Positions 28,889 to 36,129 of a stretch of 36,129 bases of DNA are shown in pieces (position 1 is the first letter of the stretch; every line of letters begins with the position of its first letter). The DNA lies in the sequence record SRR31156797_14282; one strand, given 5' to 3'. The position numbers were made by a program, and so were the translations under genes. The notes beneath the pieces were generated by a model, which made no database searches, was not told the origin of the DNA, and saw only the letters and a program-made list of their open reading frames with translations.

Positions 28889-29014
28889 CTAATTTATCGA
28901 TGCAGGGTTACAGACTGATATTTCCAGTGGCCTCTAAGATTTTTACTTAATCGTAAAGTCTATAGAAATATAAAGCGTAACCCTCCCTATGTATTTGAGT
29001 CGTTATATAGGGAC

Positions 29015-29123
29015 ACCCCAAATATTTTAAGTTGCAGCATGTTGCACGCCTATTTCTAAGGTCATGAGTTGTCTTTAGATATTTTTAGCGCGAATGACAG
29101 GCTGCTGCTTTGTATTTTGGGGT
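29015..29123. repeat. Degenerate ERIC-like remnant
   Basis: Ends ACCCCAAATATTTTAAGTTGCAGCA ... GCTGCTGCTTTGTATTTTGGGGT resemble ERIC termini; the interior has diverged. Confidence 0.45.
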
Positions 29124-29143
29124 AATAATTATAAGGATTGTTC

Positions 29144-30274
29144 ATGTCTCATCATCCGTTGAGAAGTTTAATTCGGGGGCATTATTTTGCACAGCACCCC
29201 TGGCTTATTTCTATCATTCTTGTTTTACTGCTAACGCTCTGGCTAAGTCTTGGTACGCTAAATGCCCAAGAGCAAACACCGACCAAACCCGTCGATACCA
29301 TTCCACTTGCAAAAGTGATGTATCAAACATTTCAAGCTGAACCCATTCAAAAGAAAATTGATCTCTATGGTCGTACTGCGCCGGATAAGCAGGCTCGATT
29401 GTCGGCTGAAATTGCCGGAAAGATTGTAGAAACCAAAATCGACAAAGGCGATAGAGTGACCAAAGGTCAGGTTATTGCTTTGATTGACCAAGGAGATTTG
29501 CAATCACAACTTGATCGTGCGAAAGCGGTACTGTCCGTTAAACGTCAAGAATTCAAAGCCGCTGAATCATTGAAAAATAGAGGCTTACAAGGTGAAGTGG
29601 CTTACACCAACGCTTTGGCGGCATTTACGGAAGCTAAAACCAATGTAAAATCTGTCGAGTTGCGTCTTGAGCACACCTCGGTTATTGCGCCGTTTGACGG
29701 TGTGGTGGAAGACTTGCTGATTGAACAGGGCGATTTCGTTGGTGTGGGCGATCCTATTGCTACTTTGATTGATTTGAAAAAGTTAGTGATTGAAGCCAAT
29801 GTGAGTGAGCGTCATATTCAGGTGCTAACAAAAGGTCAGACTGCATCTATTCAGTTTATTGACGGTGCTAAACTTGAAGGAACGGTTAGCTATCTTTCTC
29901 AGCTATCTTCCCCGTCTACCAATACTTTTGCTATTGAAGTTGAAGTCCCTAATCCTAATCAAACTATCCCTGCAGGTGTGAGTGCTCAAGTTGAGCTTGA
30001 ACTCGCAACACAAATGGCGGTGAAAGTGACGCCCGCAATGTTAGCCTTGGATGACGAAGGCAACTTAGGGGTGAAAACTCTGCGTGAAGACACGGTACTC
30101 TTTGTACCAATTCAGTTGGTCAAAGCAGAGCAAGATGGTGTTTGGTTGACTGGTTTAGGCGAAGAGGTTGATATCATCACTCGAGGTCAAGGCTTCGCTC
30201 GTGATGGAGATACAGTATCAGCAACTAAGCAGACCGAGTTTCAAATTACGCCCCCCGATTCCAGTAAACCCTAG
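29144..30274 (+). CDS. vexE: RND efflux periplasmic adaptor (MFP), VexE-type
   Basis: N-terminal membrane anchor, lipoyl/hairpin motifs (SAEIAGKI, APFDGVV, GDFVGVGDP). ATG 29144 after AAGGA. Symbol assigned by synteny with V. cholerae VC0628. Confidence 0.8.
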   Translation: MSHHPLRSLIRGHYFAQHPWLISIILVLLLTLWLSLGTLNAQEQTPTKPVDTIPLAKVMYQTFQAEPIQKKIDLYGRTAPDKQARLSAEIAGKIVETKIDKGDRVTKGQVIALIDQGDLQSQLDRAKAVLSVKRQEFKAAESLKNRGLQGEVAYTNALAAFTEAKTNVKSVELRLEHTSVIAPFDGVVEDLLIEQGDFVGVGDPIATLIDLKKLVIEANVSERHIQVLTKGQTASIQFIDGAKLEGTVSYLSQLSSPSTNTFAIEVEVPNPNQTIPAGVSAQVELELATQMAVKVTPAMLALDDEGNLGVKTLREDTVLFVPIQLVKAEQDGVWLTGLGEEVDIITRGQGFARDGDTVSATKQTEFQITPPDSSKP

Positions 30275-30283
30275 GAGACTGAC

Positions 30284-33200
30284 ATGTTTGCGTTAATTGA
30301 CGCGGCACTGTCGCGTACTCGAACCATGCTCACGCTGCTGGTGTTTATTCTCATCGCGGGTGCTGTCACTTATGTCGCGATTCCCAAGGAATCGAGTCCC
30401 GATATTACTATTCCTATCATCTATGTTTCTGTATCGCATCAGGGTATTTCTCCCGGCGATGCGGAGCGCTTAATAGCCCGGCCGTTAGAGCAAGAGTTAC
30501 GTTCTATCGAAGGCATCAAAGAGATGACGTCAAACTCCTCTGAAGGACACGCCTCGGTGGTGCTCGAGTTCAATGTTGGGGTTGATCTTGATAAAGCCAT
30601 GGCGGATGTCCGTGATGCGGTTGATCTCGCAAAGCCTAAGTTGCCAGCAGACAGTGACGAACCAACCGTTAATGAAGTCACTCTTGCTAATGCCCAGCCT
30701 GTGCTTTCGGTGGTGTTATATGGCACGGTTCCAGAGCGCGGTATTGTACCTATTGCTCGTTTGCTGCGTGATAAGCTTGAAAGTTTTCGTCAGGTGTTAG
30801 AAGTCGATATTGCTGGTGATAGAAACGATATCGTCGAAATTATCGTTGATCCGCTCTTGATGGAAAGTTATGGGCTGGATCAAGGAGATATTTACAACCT
30901 GATTGCACTCAATAACCGAGTTGTGGCTGCAGGCTTTGTTGATACCGGATACGGCCGTTTTTCGGTGAAAGTTCCTTCCGTATTTGATTCTATCAAAGAT
31001 GTATTGGAACTACCGGTAAAAGTCGATGGTAAGCAGGTGGTCACTTTTGGTGATATTGCCACCGTAAGACGTTCATTCCGAGACCCTAGCTCTTTCGCCC
31101 GATTAGATGGTAAGTCGGCGATCGTTTTAGACGTTAAAAAGCGGGCTGGTGAAAACATCATCGAGACGGTTGAACTGGTTAAAACGGTGATCAGTGAAGC
31201 GCAAAAACGTGAAGAATGGCCTTCAAACTTATTGGTCAAATACACTTGGGATGAATCCAAAGACGTTGAGATGATGCTCAATGACTTACAGAACAATGTG
31301 TTATCAGCCATTATTCTGGTGGTTATTGTTATTATCGCGGTACTTGGTGTAAGAACGGCATTGCTGGTCGGTGTTTCAATTCCAGGATCATTCCTAATCG
31401 GTTTACTCACTCTGTCGGTATTCGGTTTAACCGTTAATATCATCGTACTGTTCGCATTGATTATGGCGGTCGGGATGTTAGTGGATGGGGCCATCGTGGT
31501 AACCGAATTTGCTGATCGGCGGATGCATGAAGGAATGTCGAGAGGAGACGCTTATCGAGATGCCGCGAAGCGAATGGCTTGGCCAATTACGGCTTCTACC
31601 GCCACAACCCTAGCTGCGTTTGCTCCACTTTTATTCTGGCCAGATGTTACTGGCGAGTTTATGCGCTACTTGCCTCTCACTCTAATTGCGACGTTGACCG
31701 CGTCTTTGATTATGGCGATGCTGTTTGTTCCTGTATTGGGCAGTGTGATTGGCCGTCCGCAAAGTGTCACCCCTCAAACCAGAGATCGCATGGTGGCTTT
31801 ACATGAAGGAGAGTTTGATAAGGCTACCGGGTTCACCAAGCTTTACTATCAAACACTCTCTGTTGCAATAAAGCATCCTCTTAAAATTTTGCTCAGTGCA
31901 ATCCTGATGTCCGTGGCGATTGGGTTTTCTTATGTCAAAGCGGGTAATGGTGTGGAGTTCTTCCCTGAAGTCGATCCGGCATTCTTTAATGTCAAAGTTC
32001 GTTCTTACGGCGATCTCTCTATCCATGAAAAAGATCAGATTATGCGTGAGATCGAGCAAGTCATGTTAGGTCATGAGGAGTTTGAGAGTGTCTACACCAA
32101 AACGGGTGGTGATGATGAAATCGGTCAAATATCGATTAAACCGGTGGATTGGCAGTATCGTCGTAAAGTGATGACGATTATTGATGAACTTAAGCAAACA
32201 ACGGATCAGTTTCCTGGTGTTGAAATTGAATATAAGTTCCCAGATGCCGGCCCTCCAGTCGATCATGATGTGGTCATCGAGTTGTCGGGTAACAATAGTG
32301 AACAGTTAGATTTGGCTGCTAAGGTGGTTCGTCATTGGGCTGATGGCTACTCTGCGTTTACTAATATTAGTGACTCCTCGTCAAAACCGGGTATTGATTG
32401 GCGAATTGATATTCGTCGTGATGACGCCTCACGATTTGCTGCTGACGCGACTCTGGTGGGGAACACGGTTCAGTTTGTTACCAATGGTCTGAAAATCGGT
32501 GATTATTTACCAGACGATGCCAATGAGGAAGTCGATATTCTGGTTCGTTATCCTGAAGATAAACGGGACATCGGTCGCTTTGATCTGTTGAGAGTAAAAA
32601 CGCCGGCTGGACTGGTTCCAATTACCAACTTTGCGGAAATTAAGCCTGATCATAAGCAAGATACGATCAAGAGGATTGATGGGCGTCGAGTGGTTAATGT
32701 GATGGCGGATCTTAACGAAGGGTATAACCTGGCGTTAGAGTTGCCAAAAATTGAGCAGGCTTTAAAAGAGCTTGGTCTACCTTCAAGTGTCGAGTTCCGG
32801 ATGCGAGGCCAAAATGAAGAACAAGAGCATTCTGCGGCGTTCTTACAAAAAGCATTTTTGGTTGCTTTGGTCGTCATGGCATTGATACTGGTCACTCAGT
32901 TTAATAGCTTCTATCAAGCATTCCTCATTCTCAGTGCGGTACTGTTCTCAACGGTCGGTGTATTTGCTGGATTACTGATATTCCAGAAGCCGTTTGGGGT
33001 GATTATGTCTGGAATAGGGGTGATTTCATTAGCCGGGATAGTGGTAAACAACAATATCGTTTTGATTGATACCTATAACCAACTGATCAAACGGGGCTTG
33101 GACAAGAGGGAAGCGATTCTCAGAACTGGCGTTCAGCGTTTACGACCAGTAATGCTGACGACAGTGACGACGATTCTTGGCTTGTTGCCAATGGTGCTGG

Positions 33201-33370
33201 AGATGAATATCGACTTAATCAACCAGAAGATTGAGTTTGGAGCTCCAAGTACTCAATGGTGGTCTCAGCTTGCCACTGCTGTTGCTGGTGGATTGGCTTT
33301 TGCTACGGTACTCACCTTAGTTCTCACCCCATGTTTGCTCATGTTAGGTCGGGATAAGGTCAAAGCATAG
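30284..33370 (+). CDS. vexF: RND efflux transporter permease, VexF-type
   Basis: 1028-aa AcrB-like topology: ESSPDI, GMLVDGAIVV, RLRPVMLTT and GGL. Symbol assigned by synteny with VC0629. Confidence 0.82.
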   Translation: MFALIDAALSRTRTMLTLLVFILIAGAVTYVAIPKESSPDITIPIIYVSVSHQGISPGDAERLIARPLEQELRSIEGIKEMTSNSSEGHASVVLEFNVGVDLDKAMADVRDAVDLAKPKLPADSDEPTVNEVTLANAQPVLSVVLYGTVPERGIVPIARLLRDKLESFRQVLEVDIAGDRNDIVEIIVDPLLMESYGLDQGDIYNLIALNNRVVAAGFVDTGYGRFSVKVPSVFDSIKDVLELPVKVDGKQVVTFGDIATVRRSFRDPSSFARLDGKSAIVLDVKKRAGENIIETVELVKTVISEAQKREEWPSNLLVKYTWDESKDVEMMLNDLQNNVLSAIILVVIVIIAVLGVRTALLVGVSIPGSFLIGLLTLSVFGLTVNIIVLFALIMAVGMLVDGAIVVTEFADRRMHEGMSRGDAYRDAAKRMAWPITASTATTLAAFAPLLFWPDVTGEFMRYLPLTLIATLTASLIMAMLFVPVLGSVIGRPQSVTPQTRDRMVALHEGEFDKATGFTKLYYQTLSVAIKHPLKILLSAILMSVAIGFSYVKAGNGVEFFPEVDPAFFNVKVRSYGDLSIHEKDQIMREIEQVMLGHEEFESVYTKTGGDDEIGQISIKPVDWQYRRKVMTIIDELKQTTDQFPGVEIEYKFPDAGPPVDHDVVIELSGNNSEQLDLAAKVVRHWADGYSAFTNISDSSSKPGIDWRIDIRRDDASRFAADATLVGNTVQFVTNGLKIGDYLPDDANEEVDILVRYPEDKRDIGRFDLLRVKTPAGLVPITNFAEIKPDHKQDTIKRIDGRRVVNVMADLNEGYNLALELPKIEQALKELGLPSSVEFRMRGQNEEQEHSAAFLQKAFLVALVVMALILVTQFNSFYQAFLILSAVLFSTVGVFAGLLIFQKPFGVIMSGIGVISLAGIVVNNNIVLIDTYNQLIKRGLDKREAILRTGVQRLRPVMLTTVTTILGLLPMVLEMNIDLINQKIEFGAPSTQWWSQLATAVAGGLAFATVLTLVLTPCLLMLGRDKVKA

Positions 33371-33377
33371 TAATAAT

Positions 33378-33411
33378 AAAAAGGGCTGAGTTTGATACTC
33401 AGCCCTTTTTT
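33378..33411. terminator. Bidirectional terminator between the RND operon and the M23 peptidase
   Basis: AAAAAGGGCTGAGT-ttgat-ACTCAGCCCTTTTTT. Confidence 0.92.
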
Positions 33412-33425
33412 CTTCAATTGAATCG

Positions 33426-34715
33426 TTACTTAGCGTAAAGCAGTTGACCATAACGTTCTAAACGTTGCAGCCTGATTTCAGCGTTAGCGATAAAGGTTTG
33501 TTTCACTTTACCTGTGAGAGATTTTGATTGAGGCAGCGATACGGTTCTTGGATTTTTGTGTACCCCATTGACCAAAAATTCGTAATGAAGATGAGCACCT
33601 GTGACTCGTCCTGTTCTGCCTAGTGTCCCGATCACTTGCCCCTGTTTTACTCGCTGGCCTGTTCTTACTTTACGTTTAGTTAGATGCAGGTACTTAGTAA
33701 TATAGGTGTTGCTATGACGAATAAAAACGTAGTTACCGTTAAACTGGTTATAACTCGATTTTTCCACTACACCATCACCGGCAGCCCAAATTGGTGTTCC
33801 TATTGGAGCAACATAATCGGTACCTCGGTGTGCTTTGACTTTACCTGTTACCGGATGTAAACGACGTGGGTTAAAGTTAGAGGATACGCGGCGGAAATCG
33901 ACAGGTGAGCGTAAGAAGGCTTTCTTCATTGCTCGTCCGTTTGGATCGTAGTAGTTTCCGGTATTGTCATCCAACACCGCAGTGAAGTTTGTCCCCTGGT
34001 TGATAAAAGTCGCAGCAATAATGTTGCCGCGCCCAATCACTTCCCCTTCGACGATCTTTTCTTGATAAAGCAGTTTGAAGCTATCGCCTGCTCGAATATC
34101 GAGTGCGAAATCAATGTCCCAACCAAAAATACCCGCAAGTTCCATGATCTGGTTTGCACTTAGTCCTGCTGACATTGCCGCATTCCAGAAATTAGAGGTA
34201 ATTTCCGCTTCTGCGTAATTGTATTGGTAGAAAACTTCTTTTTTATCGATTTCAGAAGTGTATTGATTATCTGATTTGGTCACGATGAAGGTTTCATAGG
34301 CATTGAGTTTGCGCTTAAGCTGAATAAGGTCGTTTTTCTCATCAAAGCCGAATTGCAGCTCATCTCCCGGACGTAAACGGCTTAGCTGCCTATTAATCTC
34401 ATCATTGCTGGAAGTGAGGTTGTAAAGTTGTCTGGCGGTTAAGCCGATGCGTTGAAACAGTACGGCGGCACTTTCTCCGGAGCGGACCTGGTATTTTTCC
34501 CAACGCAAAATGGCAGAGGGAAGAATGGTGGTTCCGGGGGATAACGCTTCACTGTTGATTGCGAGGGGGTAGTGGCGACCAACTTGAAGTTTGTTCGGAT
34601 TGTTCTGCAACGACTCGGGGCTTGGCAGAAACAGTATCGCGAAAACAATCAGAGCACTAAAAACGCTAATTAAAGCTCTATGAATCCATGGTAAACGAGT
34701 GAAAATTGAAAGCAT
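33426..34715 (-). CDS. shyC: M23 peptidoglycan DD-endopeptidase (MepM/ShyC-type) with LysM-like domain
   Basis: N-terminal TM, YQVRSGES LysM-like segment, HRGTD (HxxxD), YLHL and HLHYE (HxH) Zn motifs. Symbol assigned by synteny with VC0630. Confidence 0.82.
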   Translation of the reverse strand: MLSIFTRLPWIHRALISVFSALIVFAILFLPSPESLQNNPNKLQVGRHYPLAINSEALSPGTTILPSAILRWEKYQVRSGESAAVLFQRIGLTARQLYNLTSSNDEINRQLSRLRPGDELQFGFDEKNDLIQLKRKLNAYETFIVTKSDNQYTSEIDKKEVFYQYNYAEAEITSNFWNAAMSAGLSANQIMELAGIFGWDIDFALDIRAGDSFKLLYQEKIVEGEVIGRGNIIAATFINQGTNFTAVLDDNTGNYYDPNGRAMKKAFLRSPVDFRRVSSNFNPRRLHPVTGKVKAHRGTDYVAPIGTPIWAAGDGVVEKSSYNQFNGNYVFIRHSNTYITKYLHLTKRKVRTGQRVKQGQVIGTLGRTGRVTGAHLHYEFLVNGVHKNPRTVSLPQSKSLTGKVKQTFIANAEIRLQRLERYGQLLYAK

Positions 34716-34847
34716 ACTCGGGGGTCATTTAAGTTAATTATTAAGAAAATATTCAGTTACCTAGTTTAACTGGTTTCAAAATGCATCGCTATTCAAGTAA
34801 TATGTCGAACTATTAAATTTTTGCCAAATCTGTGGGAGTGAACAAGA

Positions 34848-36035
34848 ATGGCGAGTATTGAAGCGGCTTTAGCTGAAATTAAACGTGGTGTTGAGGAACT
34901 GATTCCTGAAGAAGAGCTGATTGCTAAGCTTAAAGAAGGCCGTCCTTTACGTATTAAACTGGGTGCCGATCCAACCGCACCAGATATCCATTTAGGTCAC
35001 ACAGTAATCCTAAATAAATTACGTACCTTCCAAGACTTAGGTCACGATGTGACTTTCCTGATCGGTGATTTCACTGGTATGGTTGGTGACCCAACAGGTA
35101 AGAACACAACGCGTCCACCACTGACTCGTGAAGATGTTCTGAATAATGCAGAAACCTATAAGCAGCAAGTATTTAAGATCCTTGATCCAGCGAAAACTAA
35201 AATTCAGTTCAACTCTGAATGGCTGTCTGAGTTAGGTGCAGAAGGGATGATTCGTCTGGCTGCGAACCAAACGGTTGCTCGTATGCTAGAGCGTGATGAT
35301 TTCAAAAAGCGTTATGCTGGTGGCCAACCTATCGCCATTCACGAATTTATGTATCCATTACTGCAGGGTTATGACTCTGTTGCGATGGAGACTGACGTTG
35401 AGCTTGGTGGTACTGACCAGAAGTTCAACCTGCTAATGGGCCGCGAACTGCAAAAATCGAACGGTCAAAAACCTCAAGTAGTACTGATGATGCCACTGTT
35501 GGTTGGTTTAGACGGTGAGAAGAAAATGTCTAAGTCAGCGCATAACTACATTGGTGTCAGCGAGTCACCAAGCGAAATGTTCGGTAAGATCATGTCGATC
35601 TCTGATGATTTGATGTGGAGCTACTATGAACTGCTTTCATTCCGTCCTCTTGCAGAGCTTGAGCAATTTAAAGCTGATGTTGCAAATGGTAAGAACCCTC
35701 GTGATATTAAGATTTTGCTTGCGAAAGAGATCATCGCGCGTTTCCATACTGAAGCGGATGCTGATGCAGCAGAGCAAGAGTTCATCAATCGTTTCCAGAA
35801 AGGAGCGATGCCTGATGAAATGCCTGAGTTTGAATTTGAAGCAGGTATTGCGATTGCCAACTTACTAAAGGATGCAGGCCTGGTTAACTCTACCTCTGAC
35901 GCGATGCGTATGATTAAACAAGGCGCAGCTAAACAAGATGGTGAGAAAATTGAAGACGCTAAACTTGTCCCTGCTGCGGGTACAGCGGTATACCAAGTGG
36001 GTAAACGCAAATTTGCTCGCGTGACAGTAAAGTAA
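34848..36035 (+). CDS. tyrS: Tyrosine--tRNA ligase (type 2, short form with S4 domain)
   Basis: [13 protein letters not shown] (HIGH motif), [16 protein letters not shown] and KMSKS. Confidence 0.97.
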   Translation: MASIEAALAEIKRGVEELIPEEELIAKLKEGRPLRIKLGADPTAPDIHLGHTVILNKLRTFQDLGHDVTFLIGDFTGMVGDPTGKNTTRPPLTREDVLNNAETYKQQVFKILDPAKTKIQFNSEWLSELGAEGMIRLAANQTVARMLERDDFKKRYAGGQPIAIHEFMYPLLQGYDSVAMETDVELGGTDQKFNLLMGRELQKSNGQKPQVVLMMPLLVGLDGEKKMSKSAHNYIGVSESPSEMFGKIMSISDDLMWSYYELLSFRPLAELEQFKADVANGKNPRDIKILLAKEIIARFHTEADADAAEQEFINRFQKGAMPDEMPEFEFEAGIAIANLLKDAGLVNSTSDAMRMIKQGAAKQDGEKIEDAKLVPAAGTAVYQVGKRKFARVTVK

Positions 36036-36060
36036 CAAAACCTGTTTATTGTTCGAAAGT

Positions 36061-36088
36061 TAAAAAGCGCCGTTAGGCGCTTTTTTTA
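36061..36088 (+). terminator. Rho-independent terminator after tyrS
   Basis: AAAAAGCGCC-gtta-GGCGCTTTTTTT. Confidence 0.92.
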
Positions 36089-36129
36089 GGTCAGTAGAGA
36101 TTAGAGCCTGTTTATCTTTTGAGGTTAAA

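Noticed and set aside
30892..31494. 200-aa antisense ORF within the RND permease
   Set aside because: Shadow ORF from codon bias of the sense gene; no recognisable motif or RBS.

Overview
Core chromosome I region of a Vibrio (Vibrionaceae) species, syntenic with the V. cholerae VC0607-VC0631 segment as I recall it. In order: 3' part of amtB; the Fur-boxed fbpABC Fe3+ ABC transporter; the minus-strand chitobiose/chitin utilisation (chb) operon (CBP, ABC permeases and ATPases, GH9, glucosamine kinase, GH20, chitobiose phosphorylase, phosphohexomutase); the sensor kinase chiS; rsmC; an AI-2E family permease; hemL; erpA; a VexEF-type RND pump; an M23 endopeptidase (ShyC-type); tyrS. All large ORFs look intact. 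I see no phage, IS transposase, CRISPR array or defence island, so I cannot support a wholly new multi-gene system. The unexplained signal is intergenic: a 41-aa Cys-rich, single-TM ORF missed by the ORF track; several ERIC/MITE-like palindromic elements; a structured chb leader and a structured cbp-permease spacer; and a readable promoter architecture (SlmA, paired direct repeats, CRP, IscR and Fur sites). The RND pump also has a non-canonical proton-relay motif.
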